In this document: positions 20,718 to 29,459 of the stretch, piece after piece
Layout: each line of letters opens with the position of its first letter
Position numbering within the stretch: position 1 is the first letter of the stretch
Virus record (IMG/VR): IMGVR_UViG_3300025009_000019
DNA: 53,374 nt
Reading direction: 5' to 3' (one strand)
DNA from: a virus
The notes under the pieces: generated by a model
Seen by the model: the letters and a program-made list of their open reading frames with translations, nothing else
The model's database searches: none
Told to the model about the DNA's origin: nothing
Position numbers and translations under genes: made by a program

Positions 20718-20973
20718 AATTTACTTCTTTTTTTTGTTCAATTGGAATGTGATGAATTACTTCAATATCAATATTTTCATCAGTAATTTGTATATTATTT
20801 TTTTCTGCTAAAAATGTAGGAATACAAACACTACCATTTAATTTATTATGAACTTTTAAATTTCTACATAATTTTTTTGGTAGCCATATTTCATTTTCAT
20901 CAATACTGACAAGTATTGCCTTGCCAGTATCGTGTTTTAGTTTATTAAAGTAAATTTTTACTGATTTAATCAT
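20695..20973 (-). CDS. Small hypothetical protein
   Basis: 92-aa ORF. Confidence 0.45.
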   Translation of the reverse strand: MIKSVKIYFNKLKHDTGKAILVSIDENEIWLPKKLCRNLKVHNKLNGSVCIPTFLAEKNNIQITDENIDIEVIHHIPIEQKKEVNYDESLFK

Positions 20974-21383
20974 TACAACGAATTTACTAATTCATCATAA
21001 TATTCTGCCATTTCTAAAACTTCTTCTTTTAAATCTCCATTAAATAATAAAGAAGCAGTTTCGAAACATATTGCTTTTTGTTCGGTTGGCTGTTTGTCTT
21101 TTAGTTTTTCAACTAATTCCGCTTTTACTTCTATGCGATAAATTTCATTTTCAACGCTTTCAATAATTTGTTCTTGTTGTGATTTTATCCAATTATAGCC
21201 TTGACTTTGACAATCAATATAAACATTTACTTTAAAATTTCCGTTTACTTCGTGAACATAAGTTTTAGTTGACATCTTTTTAGTGTTATAACCTCGTTCG
21301 ATGTAAACTCTTTTTAATTCGCCTTTTGTCCAAAATTTACCATTAAGTTTTTCTGCTAATTGTTCTAATGTGATGTTTTTCAT
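20973..21383 (-). CDS. Hypothetical protein
   Basis: 136-aa ORF, the first gene after the promoter at 21409-21440. Confidence 0.5.
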   Translation of the reverse strand: MKNITLEQLAEKLNGKFWTKGELKRVYIERGYNTKKMSTKTYVHEVNGNFKVNVYIDCQSQGYNWIKSQQEQIIESVENEIYRIEVKAELVEKLKDKQPTEQKAICFETASLLFNGDLKEEVLEMAEYYDELVNSL

Positions 21384-21408
21384 AATGTTTTTGTTTTTAA
21401 TTATAGAA

Positions 21409-21440
21409 TAAAGATACTCTATAATTTTATTTGTGCCAAA
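21409..21440 (-). promoter_or_regulatory. Bacteroidetes-type promoter (TTTG-N20-TATCTTTA) with its -33 box inside a 20-nt palindromic operator
   Basis: In the minus sense, TTTG is at 21440-21437 and TATCTTTA at 21416-21409. The operator TGTGCCAAATTTTTAACACA lies at 21432-21451. Confidence 0.4.
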
Positions 21441-21465
21441 TTTTTAACACATTATTTTATGAATA

Positions 21466-21495
21466 TTTGACGAATTTACAAAAATCTTTGACGAA
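21466..21495 (-). promoter_or_regulatory. Two copies of the intergenic motif TTCGTCAAA (minus sense)
   Basis: Plus-strand TTTGACGAA at 21466-74 and 21487-95. The same 9-mer recurs in 5 other intergenic regions. Confidence 0.5.
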
Positions 21496-21522
21496 TGTAT
21501 TATTTTTCCTGATAAACAAAAC

Positions 21523-21708
21523 TTACTTCCGAAAATCTTCATAAATAAAAGTAATTTTAACATCAATTCCATATCTTTGTTTAAATACGTTTATTATACG
21601 TTCTCTTACATTATCTATGTTTTTTACAACCTTTTTAGCCTTTGACTTTCTAATGGTCTTATTTTGGCTCTTTTTGTCGTATATGACGTAAGATGTTATT
21701 GTGAACAT
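21523..21708 (-). CDS. Small hypothetical protein
   Basis: 61-aa ORF. Confidence 0.4.
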   Translation of the reverse strand: MFTITSYVIYDKKSQNKTIRKSKAKKVVKNIDNVRERIINVFKQRYGIDVKITFIYEDFRK

Positions 21709-21710
21709 AG

Positions 21711-21917
21711 CTATTCCTTTTTACTCAACTTTTTAATATTATAACCTGATTGTTCAATTATCAACGTAGTTTTGTGAACTTCTAAAGCTCCGATAATTTC
21801 TTGATAAGTTGTTTTATGGTCTTTTGACGAAACATCTAAATTTGAACAATTTTCAAAAACTTTTATTGTTATTGTAAAAAGTTCTTTTTTGTCGTTTGGT
21901 GCTAATAAATTACTCAT
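21711..21917 (-). CDS. Small hypothetical protein
   Basis: 68-aa ORF. Confidence 0.4.
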   Translation of the reverse strand: MSNLLAPNDKKELFTITIKVFENCSNLDVSSKDHKTTYQEIIGALEVHKTTLIIEQSGYNIKKLSKKE

Positions 21918-21928
21918 GATTTTTTAGA

Positions 21929-22267
21929 TTAAAATGGTGGTAATCCGTCATCAACTACTTCGTTTTGTACTTCAATAGCTTTTTGAACGTCTTTTTTGCC
22001 TTTAGATACGATTTTCCACCCGACTAGATTAACGTAATGATTGCCTTTGTATTCGCTACCTCTGATATTTATGCTTATCTGAACATCTTCGTCAAGGCTG
22101 TACGAATTTAGCAATTTAACAGAATCTTGTACAAATTCGATTTTTATTTCTTGCGGATATTTTTCATCTGTTTTAACGACTAATTCCCGTTTTAAAAATC
22201 CTTTTGTTCCGATTTCTTGCGTTTCGTTTAGCTTTATGATTTTTCCATTAATTACAATTTCAGACAT
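21929..22267 (-). CDS. SSB-like protein (DUF3127-like) with an acidic C-terminal tip
   Basis: 112 aa ending VVDDGLPPF, which resembles the SSB DDDIPF tail. Confidence 0.45.
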   Translation of the reverse strand: MSEIVINGKIIKLNETQEIGTKGFLKRELVVKTDEKYPQEIKIEFVQDSVKLLNSYSLDEDVQISINIRGSEYKGNHYVNLVGWKIVSKGKKDVQKAIEVQNEVVDDGLPPF

Positions 22268-22271
22268 AGTT

Positions 22272-22400
22272 TTACTCGTTTAATTTTATATATTCAAGCA
22301 TTTCTTTTAATGCTTTAGACTTGTTAAAGTTACGTTTTTTCTCATAAAAAGCAATTCTTTTTTCAAGAAATTTTATTAGTTCTTTTTTCGATGGTTTCAT
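22272..22400 (-). CDS. Possible 42-aa ORF (MKPSKKELIKFLEKRIAFYEKK...)
   Basis: Hand translation; below the ORF-track cutoff. Confidence 0.25.
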   Translation of the reverse strand: MKPSKKELIKFLEKRIAFYEKKRNFNKSKALKEMLEYIKLNE

Positions 22401-22544
22401 TTTAGAGTTGAAATTTGTATGTGATCAGCTTCTTTAAATTGCCACTTTAATTGTACCGTCTTCGTTATTTTAAATTCCACTTACGAACATTATGTTATTG
22501 ATTATTAATTATATGATGTTTGGTAACCATTCGGCAACCAACTT

Positions 22545-22590
22545 GTTATAAGCAAGGCAAAGACACTCCGAATAAACGTCCGTGCCAAAC
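22545..22590 (-). ncRNA. Structured element, family A copy 1: 31-nt hairpin (22556-22586) followed by the box GCTTATAAC
   Basis: Minus sense: GGCACGGACGUUUAUUCGGAGUGUCUUUGCC-UUGCUUAUAAC. It is near-identical to 40900-40930 and related to 33880-33925. The stem needs G-U pairs in the minus sense. Confidence 0.5.
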
Positions 22591-22595
22591 TTAAA

Positions 22596-23276
22596 TTAGT
22601 CGTTATAAGTTGACCATTCAGTTTCAATATTTCCCAAATCACATTCAATAGTACAACCCATTGCATATAATTTGAAAAGAAATAAATCAAACCCCCTTAA
22701 TCCTATTTCAGTTATAGGATGCAATGCAGCTCCTTCGATTGTTGGAGAATATAAGCTTTTTGATTTCCCGTCAATCATTAATTTATACCTGCACTGGTAT
22801 CTGTGCGTTTTCTTTTCCGCGCTTTCATCAAATGCTATATGAATAGTGCCATAATCTGAAACTTCATGGATAAAGGCAATTTCTCCGCTTTCACCGTATT
22901 CGTCAGGTATTACTTCCTCTTCTTTATATTTTTCAATAATTTCAGAAAGTTTCCATTCTTTCTTTTCTAAAGCACCAACAAAGTTTTTAATCATTTCTTT
23001 AGCTGGTGCAATTCCGATTTCAACAACACTTTTGTTTAATTCAAATTCTACTAAATCGGTAAGCGTTTTTGAATACTGAACAAAATCGAGTTTTTCAAAA
23101 CCTTCAATTATTTTAGCATTCAATTTTTCTTTGAACGACTTATTTACATCGCTCCAACTTGAAAGGGAATCATTTATAATTCCATTAATAAAACCAGTAA
23201 CTTGTTTTGTTACAATTTCATCAAGTTTACCGTTTTCGGTAAGTTCTTTAATTTTGTCACTAATCAATTTTTCCAT
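22596..23276 (-). CDS. Hypothetical protein, bracketed by the 10-bp inverted repeat GTTATAAGCA/TGCTTATAAC
   Basis: 226-aa ORF. The repeat arms are at 22545-22554 and 23324-23333. Confidence 0.55.
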   Translation of the reverse strand: MEKLISDKIKELTENGKLDEIVTKQVTGFINGIINDSLSSWSDVNKSFKEKLNAKIIEGFEKLDFVQYSKTLTDLVEFELNKSVVEIGIAPAKEMIKNFVGALEKKEWKLSEIIEKYKEEEVIPDEYGESGEIAFIHEVSDYGTIHIAFDESAEKKTHRYQCRYKLMIDGKSKSLYSPTIEGAALHPITEIGLRGFDLFLFKLYAMGCTIECDLGNIETEWSTYND

Positions 23277-23320
23277 TTTTTTTAAGTGTTTATGTATTAA
23301 TAATTTGACTGATAATTAAA

Positions 23321-23460
23321 CCCTGCTTATAACTTCGGCTAACCCGGCAAGTCAGGCAACCGTGGTTTCCGATCGGTGCAGCCCGTGTTAACTTTCGCTC
23401 TGATAGGAAAGTGAATCGCTTCGCACCCTGCCCTGCGTGTAGCCTTTAATGTTAGGCTTC
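23321..23460 (-). ncRNA. GC-enriched structured intergenic element (E2)
   Basis: Minus sense starts GAAGCCUAAC and ends GUUAUAAGC. Contains local hairpins AGCCU-N8-AGGCU and CGG-GUUAG-CCG. Shares GGCAGGG...CCUAUCAG with element 38662-38797. Confidence 0.45.
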
Positions 23461-23463
23461 ATG

Positions 23464-23640
23464 CTAAGAGCGCTCTTCGAACAATTTGCAGGAATCATTA
23501 TCTTCAACAACTCCTGTGTAATTGTCACAATCTTTATCGTTACTAAACTCAATATCGCACTGGTTATTCATGCAATATCTATCTTCAGGCTCTGAAAACA
23601 TCAATTCTGAGTGTTTACAGTTTTTACAAATTCTTTCCAT
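23464..23640 (-). CDS. 58-aa Cys-rich (zinc-ribbon-like) protein
   Basis: Hand translation: MERICKNCKHSELMFSEPEDRYCMNNQCDIEF... Contains CxxC and CxxxxC pairs. Confidence 0.4.
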   Translation of the reverse strand: MERICKNCKHSELMFSEPEDRYCMNNQCDIEFSNDKDCDNYTGVVEDNDSCKLFEERS

Positions 23641-23739
23641 TTTCTTTATGCTATTAGTTTAATAATCTGAAACAAAGCACGAAACGCCAATACTCAACCG
23701 TTACCATAAAACTACACACAATTTCACAATCATTCAAAT

Positions 23740-23928
23740 TTATTTGACTAACGGTTTATTTATTTTGACAAACATCTTTTCTCGAACGATTAAAGTTTTT
23801 TCATCTTCGGTTAAAGTTAAATGATAGTTGCCTAAATTAATCAACTGCTTAACCGCTTTGGCAATAGTTTCGTCAATCGTATAACGTCCGATTGGCTTGC
23901 TTAGTATCTTAGTTTGCAGGTCGGTCAT
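23740..23928 (-). CDS. Small hypothetical protein
   Basis: 62-aa ORF. Confidence 0.4.
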   Translation of the reverse strand: MTDLQTKILSKPIGRYTIDETIAKAVKQLINLGNYHLTLTEDEKTLIVREKMFVKINKPLVK

Positions 23929-24161
23929 TTGTTTTTGTTTATAAATTCATCAACAAATTGTTCAATTGTTAAACCGATATACTCTTCTCCATTTTCACGG
24001 AAAAATACGAAAAAATCGCATAATAATTGCTTTCGCATTTCTAAAATTCTTTCGGCAACAATATCAAAGTCTGATTCCTCAACTACAATATATTTATTTC
24101 CTGCTTCGTCAGTCGTATTAAACGATTCTGATTTTAATATTTCGATTATTGTGTTTTTCAT
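23925..24161 (-). CDS. Small hypothetical protein (start moved to MKNTIIEILK)
   Basis: The track ORF extends to 24236 and would overlap the helicase 3' end by 74 nt. An internal ATG sits 1 nt after the helicase stop. Confidence 0.45.
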   Translation of the reverse strand: MKNTIIEILKSESFNTTDEAGNKYIVVEESDFDIVAERILEMRKQLLCDFFVFFRENGEEYIGLTIEQFVDEFINKNK

Positions 24162-24162
24162 G

Positions 24163-26031
24163 TTAAAATGGTGCTGGTTCGTTGTTTGTGAAATAATTAT
24201 CTGATACGGTCGCTTTGCCTTGACAATCAAACTCATAATTATCTTTTACTTGGCTTTCTATTTGCATTGGCATTTCTGATTGAGAATATTCGTTATCTAA
24301 AACACTTTTATATATAATGTTTCCTAGTTCGTTTACGTTTTCAGTTTGAAATTCGTGGTCTAAATATCTACCCGAATTTTTATCCCACTCAAAATAACAA
24401 TGTTCATTATTTTTACCTAAATGCGAAAATTTACATTTTAATACTTTTATTTTAACTTTATGAGCTTCATAATCTCTGTGTACAAGCAATCCATGCGGGA
24501 GCATATCGTACATTTCTCCACCTCCTTTTATGTCATACATATTTGGCTCATATGATTTACCTTCAAGATTAGACGGCTTTCTTGGGTGTGCAACTAAAAT
24601 AATCAATATATCATATTTTCTTGCAAAATTATCTAGTTCTATTAAATAATCATTTGTATATTCAGTTATATTTTTATTGAGACTATCTTTAAGTCTAACT
24701 TTATTATAAGGGTCAATGACTAATACTTTTATTCCAAACCTTTTTATTAACATTTTAGTCTTTTCTAATACAAATTTTAAATCATAATTCTCTAAATCTA
24801 TAAATTTAAAATTATTATGAATTAAATCAAAAGCATCTGCATATTGTGATGTTTGTAATAAATATTTACTATTTATCCATTTTCCGCAAATTTTCGATAT
24901 TAATTTCCCTGCGTGTATTTCGTTAGGTTTATTTTCAGGGCTTGCATACGCTGTTTTCCAATTGTATAAAGCATTATATCCTAAACACATTTGGTCAACA
25001 AAATCGCTCTTGCCCGATGAAGGCACGCCTGTTATGCCTATTACTTGACCTGTATAAGTTGTGAATATATTATCAAATCCATCAAGTCCTATTCGGAATC
25101 CTTTTTGCATTCCGTTTATTAGATAATTTTCAAAACTTTCTTTCCAGTCTCCTACGGAACTAACTCCGTCTATTGGAACTTCTTTTGCATTTTCTAATAT
25201 TATGCTTAAAGAACTTTTGCCATATTTAACGAGATATTCGTTTGCATCTTTGCAGTCTTTGAAATCGACTAAAAAACATTTTTCTGAACCAAATCTGCGA
25301 ATAAATTCGGTTGTGGTAACTTGTCCAGCTTCGTCATTATCAATCGCTAAATAAATTTTTTCTTTGTTTTCAAAATAATCAATACAGTTGTCTAAATATT
25401 CTAAATTTGGATTTTTTAATGTTGAACCATTTGGGACTGAAATAACATTATCAATATCGCATTCTATAAATGAAAGGACATCAATTTCCCCTTCGCAAAT
25501 TATACATTCTTTTGAATATTTTATTGCATTTAAATTATAAAATATCTTTTCGGCATCTTTAATTAGTTTAAATCCTTTTTCTCCGGTCCTAAACTTACAA
25601 TTTATTAGCTCATTGTCTCGAAAGTAAGGAAATTGAATAGTATTCATTTCTCGCCAATCATTATTCTTTTTCGATGGCATTATTTCAATTCCTTCGCAAA
25701 TTTTCATTTGCCTTAATGTTTGTTGTGATATTTTTCTTCTTTCAAACCATTTTACAACATTTTCTGATAATTCGGTATTGTTTTTCCACGTAGGTTTTGA
25801 GAATATTTTTACAATTGTATTTTCTCGTTTTTTAAACGTATGTAGTTGAAATATTTCGTTGCAATGAAAACACTTACCTAAACCAGTTTCCCAATTTAAT
25901 TTTGCACATTTATCATTTTTCTTTTTACGATTATGCGAACATAAAGGACAAATGCTTTCTTTGGCATTTTCTTGTAATCCGTAAAAATTGTACTTGTCAA
26001 TTGTAAATCCATTAATCTCCATAAGGTACAT
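24163..26031 (-). CDS. Bifunctional primase-helicase (zinc finger + Toprim + DnaB/gp4-like ATPase)
   Basis: Motifs CPLCSH...CFHCNE, Toprim ICEGEIDVLSF and AIDNDEAG, and Walker A GVPSSGKSDF. Confidence 0.7.
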   Translation of the reverse strand: MYLMEINGFTIDKYNFYGLQENAKESICPLCSHNRKKKNDKCAKLNWETGLGKCFHCNEIFQLHTFKKRENTIVKIFSKPTWKNNTELSENVVKWFERRKISQQTLRQMKICEGIEIMPSKKNNDWREMNTIQFPYFRDNELINCKFRTGEKGFKLIKDAEKIFYNLNAIKYSKECIICEGEIDVLSFIECDIDNVISVPNGSTLKNPNLEYLDNCIDYFENKEKIYLAIDNDEAGQVTTTEFIRRFGSEKCFLVDFKDCKDANEYLVKYGKSSLSIILENAKEVPIDGVSSVGDWKESFENYLINGMQKGFRIGLDGFDNIFTTYTGQVIGITGVPSSGKSDFVDQMCLGYNALYNWKTAYASPENKPNEIHAGKLISKICGKWINSKYLLQTSQYADAFDLIHNNFKFIDLENYDLKFVLEKTKMLIKRFGIKVLVIDPYNKVRLKDSLNKNITEYTNDYLIELDNFARKYDILIILVAHPRKPSNLEGKSYEPNMYDIKGGGEMYDMLPHGLLVHRDYEAHKVKIKVLKCKFSHLGKNNEHCYFEWDKNSGRYLDHEFQTENVNELGNIIYKSVLDNEYSQSEMPMQIESQVKDNYEFDCQGKATVSDNYFTNNEPAPF

Positions 26032-26890
26032 TTTCTTGTAATAATTTTACAGTTCCTTCGGCTCTATAATTTAATTCCTTTAGATACATTTCTCTTAACC
26101 CTCTTTTTGGTTCTTCTCCGTCTATTTGGTATATTACAACATCATATTTAATCTTTCCTTTTTGTTGAGATGTTGGTGTTTTATTTTCGGTATTTGCACT
26201 TTCTTTTTTTAACCAATTTTTAGCAGTAAAAAATAATGATGTGTAATTTTTGTTTTTTTTGTAATTCTGTATTTTTTCGTAAATATCCATAATTTGTGAT
26301 TCTGAATATTGCTTTAACAAAATTTCGTGTTCGTCTTTTGTAATTTTTAAATGGTCAAAAGAATAATAAATATTTTCAATTTTGTTTTGTTTTGTTTCGT
26401 TTTCATTTTTACTTTCTAATTCAACTTCTAATTCTAATTCTACTTCTTTTTCAACTTCAACTTCAACTTCAACTTTCGGAAGCCTTTGAAACCCATTGCA
26501 AAGGCTTTCAAACCCTTTCTTATTCCTTTCTAAATCAATGCCTTGCGTTAATTGTTTCATTTCCGATGGCAAACCGTTGTAAATATCAATAGCGGACTTC
26601 ATCATATTTTCATTAAAGTTCTGATGTCGTAAAAAATTGACTAAAACAACGTGATTATTTTTGTACAAAACTTTATTTTTTAAACTAAAATTATTCAAAT
26701 ATTTCTCGATATTTTCTTTTGAAATTCCAGTTTCAAATGACATTTTTTTAATCGAAATTTCATAAACCCCAAGCATATTTGTTTTATCATTTGTCAATAA
26801 ATAAATAAACAATAACTTCTCGTTTGCCGACAATTCCTCAACCCAAGTGTCGTTCCAAAATGATGTTGATATACTGCGTAATTTGCTCAT
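26012..26890 (-). CDS. Replication organiser/initiator-like protein with a (E-V/L)n linker
   Basis: The N-terminal winged-helix-like region (FWNDTWVEELSANEKLLFIYLLTN) is typical of phage replication proteins. Lies upstream of the primase-helicase. Confidence 0.45.
   Translation of the reverse strand: MSKLRSISTSFWNDTWVEELSANEKLLFIYLLTNDKTNMLGVYEISIKKMSFETGISKENIEKYLNNFSLKNKVLYKNNHVVLVNFLRHQNFNENMMKSAIDIYNGLPSEMKQLTQGIDLERNKKGFESLCNGFQRLPKVEVEVEVEKEVELELEVELESKNENETKQNKIENIYYSFDHLKITKDEHEILLKQYSESQIMDIYEKIQNYKKNKNYTSLFFTAKNWLKKESANTENKTPTSQQKGKIKYDVVIYQIDGEEPKRGLREMYLKELNYRAEGTVKLLQENVPYGD
26414..26473. repeat. Ten tandem hexamers TTCNAN, the last four being perfect TTCAAC copies
   Basis: Read directly. 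Encodes the VEVEVEVEKEVELELEVELE stretch of the replication protein. Confidence 0.8.
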
Positions 26891-26924
26891 TTTTAATATT
26901 TTTCAAAATTGTAAATAAAAAATT

Positions 26925-27071
26925 TTAAACCTCAATCAAGGTTTGATTAAGTAAAGTTTTCGTTTTAACGGATTTATCCTTAATCCAATTATATACTGTT
27001 TGGATTGTTACGCCTTTTAGTTTTGCGTAATCTTTAATCGTTTCGTAACTTTTATCGTTTATTTTAATCAT
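26925..27071 (-). CDS. 48-aa helix-turn-helix DNA-binding protein (Xis/AlpA-like)
   Basis: Hand translation: MIKINDKSYETIKDYAKLKGVTIQTVYNWIKDKSV... Confidence 0.4.
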   Translation of the reverse strand: MIKINDKSYETIKDYAKLKGVTIQTVYNWIKDKSVKTKTLLNQTLIEV

Positions 27072-27152
27072 ATTCAAATTTTTTCTCCAAAAACAAGCCC
27101 CTTTCAGAGCTTAAAAATCAAAAGTAATACAAATCATTTAAAAATGCAAATA

Positions 27153-27338
27153 TTAGTTATCATCATCGGTTGTTAATTCATATTTTGCATTTGGGTTCGG
27201 CTTGCTTTCAAAATTAGCACCGCAACCCGGACAAACTCCTCCATTTTCTACATAATATTCGCAATACTCGCATTTTCCTTCAGCCTGACAAATATATTTA
27301 TAATTCAAACAAAGGCATAAAGTTGTTTTATTTTCCAT
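27153..27338 (-). CDS. Cys-rich zinc-ribbon protein
   Basis: 61 aa with CxC, CxxxxxC, CxxC and CPGC motifs. Confidence 0.45.
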   Translation of the reverse strand: MENKTTLCLCLNYKYICQAEGKCEYCEYYVENGGVCPGCGANFESKPNPNAKYELTTDDDN

Positions 27339-27340
27339 AG

Positions 27341-27709
27341 CTATTTTAAATATTGGTCAATAATTTGTTTTGCCATTTCAAAAGTCCAAACAAACAAAGA
27401 AGCATAACCTCGCTCTTTTAGTTTTATGTGCATTTCATTTTGTTCAATTAAGTGAGCATCTGTTTTTAAATGTCCGTTCTTTTTTTGGTATGGACTTTCT
27501 TTTTTAACCTCTAAAAATAAACCGTGAAAATTGTCGTTTGGTTGCAATATTTGAATGTCAGGAAACCCATTTGAACTCCTTAATTTTTTCAATTGTATTG
27601 CTTGACCCATCGTTAACTTTATTCCGCTTAAATCGGTATTAAAAATTATTTTAGGATATTGCAACTTAATATAAGTGCAAATTTGAGCGTGCAGTTCTTT
27701 TTCAGTCAT
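27341..27709 (-). CDS. VRR-NUC / PD-(D/E)xK nuclease (resolvase-like)
   Basis: Motifs GFPDIQIL...LFLEVKKE. Confidence 0.5.
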   Translation of the reverse strand: MTEKELHAQICTYIKLQYPKIIFNTDLSGIKLTMGQAIQLKKLRSSNGFPDIQILQPNDNFHGLFLEVKKESPYQKKNGHLKTDAHLIEQNEMHIKLKERGYASLFVWTFEMAKQIIDQYLK

Positions 27710-27939
27710 TATTCATTGTGTATTTTGTATAAATAATCTTCTTTAAAAATCTCATTATGTGCTTTGTTGTGGCAATCTCGACATAATGCAATAAGGTTTT
27801 TTATTTCGTCTTTTCCGCCTCGTGATTTATATTTAATATGGTGTATATCAATCGCCTTACTTTTGCATACCTCACAAAGTATAATATCAGTTTCGCAATA
27901 ATCGTAATATTCGAGATATATTTTAACGTGCTTTTTCAT
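27709..27939 (-). CDS. HNH endonuclease
   Basis: Motifs CEVCKS...HHIKYKSRGG...NLIALCRDCHNKAHN. Confidence 0.7.
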   Translation of the reverse strand: MKKHVKIYLEYYDYCETDIILCEVCKSKAIDIHHIKYKSRGGKDEIKNLIALCRDCHNKAHNEIFKEDYLYKIHNE

Positions 27940-28183
27940 ATTTCACATTCAAAACCATTTCAGCTAATTCGCAAAGCCACTTTTCTATGTTTTTATGTTC
28001 CTCACTATCTCGATTATAGTTAGTTTGCAAACCGCCGAATGAACGATACAAACCTTTAAACTCGTCCTTTACAACGCCGTCAGCTATTGTGTATGAAAAA
28101 TCAAAATGATTGTTTTGAATAAACACGGTTTTATCGTCAACCTTGGTTAGTTTGTAATTTTTAAAAATTTCATTTTTTTTCAT
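27923..28183 (-). CDS. Small hypothetical protein
   Basis: 86-aa ORF. Confidence 0.4.
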   Translation of the reverse strand: MKKNEIFKNYKLTKVDDKTVFIQNNHFDFSYTIADGVVKDEFKGLYRSFGGLQTNYNRDSEEHKNIEKWLCELAEMVLNVKYEKAR

Positions 28184-28391
28184 TTAGTAAATTTATTTGG
28201 TTTATTAATATTATTATTTGGCTGCATTTTTCAATAATAATTTGTTTTGCTTCTTGATTAGCATATGTACATTGAACACCCATGCCGCAATTAGTAAATT
28301 CAACATAATTAAGGTTTTCCCCTATTATTTCAGTCATATCTTTATTCTGAATTATTTCGTATTTATTATTCTCCATTTTCCAAATCTTCAA
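28170..28391 (-). CDS. Small hypothetical protein
   Basis: 73-aa ORF. Confidence 0.4.
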   Translation of the reverse strand: MKIWKMENNKYEIIQNKDMTEIIGENLNYVEFTNCGMGVQCTYANQEAKQIIIEKCSQIIILINQINLLNEKK

Positions 28392-28566
28392 TTAAGTTTC
28401 TTAATATATATTTTTGTCTCGAATAGTAATCCCAATTTTTCGACTTTTTCGCAAATCTAGAAGTTTGCCAACCGTCAACAAAAGTCGAGGTTCTATTTTT
28501 GTCTAAAATCTTTTCAACTTTTTCGAGTTCTTTTTTTAGTTTTTCTAAGTCGTTATTGCTTTTCAT
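28366..28566 (-). CDS. Small hypothetical protein
   Basis: 66-aa ORF. Confidence 0.4.
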   Translation of the reverse strand: MKSNNDLEKLKKELEKVEKILDKNRTSTFVDGWQTSRFAKKSKNWDYYSRQKYILRNLIEDLENGE

Positions 28567-28984
28567 CGTTATACATTTCCATTAAGTAGTCAATATTCGG
28601 GAATCGTAAATCTACACCTCTTTCGCTGAAAAACAAAGTAATTACATCAATAATTTCGTTAATTTGTTGAGTGTTAATTTTCTTTGTTCTTTCAATTTTA
28701 AACAAAGCAACTTGCAAAGGTCGCCAAACGTACTCTTTTACTAATTCAGTTGTATATCTAAGCTCGAATATCTCGCCAACTATTGAGGTGTATTGATATT
28801 GTAAACCAAGCTCGTTTAACTGTTCCGCAATCATTGTAAAATACAAATGCAAGGCTCTATTTTGTTGCGTTGTTCGACTATTGCTAACCTCTGTAAGTTC
28901 AATTATAGCCCCTTTTTCGATTAGCTTGCTGAATCGTTCTTTGGCTTCTTTTAATCCGGTTGGGTGCTTTAAATTGTGTCTCAT
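28553..28984 (-). CDS. NinB/Orf-like recombination protein candidate (start moved to MRHNLKHP)
   Basis: RTTQQNRALHLYFTMIAEQLNE resembles the NinB signature. The internal ATG overlaps the upstream stop (ATGA). Confidence 0.35.
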   Translation of the reverse strand: MRHNLKHPTGLKEAKERFSKLIEKGAIIELTEVSNSRTTQQNRALHLYFTMIAEQLNELGLQYQYTSIVGEIFELRYTTELVKEYVWRPLQVALFKIERTKKINTQQINEIIDVITLFFSERGVDLRFPNIDYLMEMYNDEKQ

Positions 28985-29382
28985 TTTACTTCTCCAAAAT
29001 AACAAACGCCTCCACCATATAAGCATATCTTTGGAAATTCATCTTTGTACCATTCGTTGTGTTTTGACAATAAATCATCATCATCATATATGTCTGACAT
29101 TGTTATTGTTATTCCATGGTCTTCTCTATAGTTTTCAATAAAATCTTCATCATAAATTTCCCCTATTTCTTCTAACAAATAATTCTGGACCTCCTCTAAC
29201 ACTTGATTCTCGTCTCTTTTCCATCTTTGGTTGTCGACATAAGCCAAGAAACCTTGCTTAAAGCCATTTATCTGCCCATTGTAGAAAAATTCAATCAGTT
29301 GTTTGCCATTTCCGAATTTTTTTTCAACTAAATGAAATTCGTATCCTTGTTTCTTTTCGATGTATTTTTCAGCTTTATTCAT
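28981..29382 (-). CDS. Acidic hypothetical protein
   Basis: 133-aa ORF. Confidence 0.45.
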   Translation of the reverse strand: MNKAEKYIEKKQGYEFHLVEKKFGNGKQLIEFFYNGQINGFKQGFLAYVDNQRWKRDENQVLEEVQNYLLEEIGEIYDEDFIENYREDHGITITMSDIYDDDDLLSKHNEWYKDEFPKICLYGGGVCYFGEVK

Positions 29383-29422
29383 ATCTCGAAATTACTTATT
29401 AAATCAATATCTTTTTTGAAAT

Positions 29423-29431
29423 TTTGACGAA
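29423..29431 (-). promoter_or_regulatory. TTCGTCAAA motif copy
   Basis: Plus-strand TTTGACGAA in the intergenic region 29383-29459. A degenerate copy, TTTGATTAACG, lies nearby. Confidence 0.4.
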
Positions 29432-29459
29432 CGGTTGTAATAATTTGATTAACGTCATT

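Noticed and set aside
23395-23415. Hammerhead-like words CTGATAGG...GAAAG (also at 38741) and CGAAAG on the opposite strand
   Set aside because: The core requires CUGANGA plus GAAA flanked by three helices. Here position 8 is A rather than G, and no three-way junction fits. I also could not fit twister, pistol or hatchet consensus features from memory.
26414-26473. Tandem repeat as a possible CRISPR or minisatellite array
   Set aside because: The units are 6 nt with no spacers, and the repeat is in frame within a CDS. It is not a CRISPR array.
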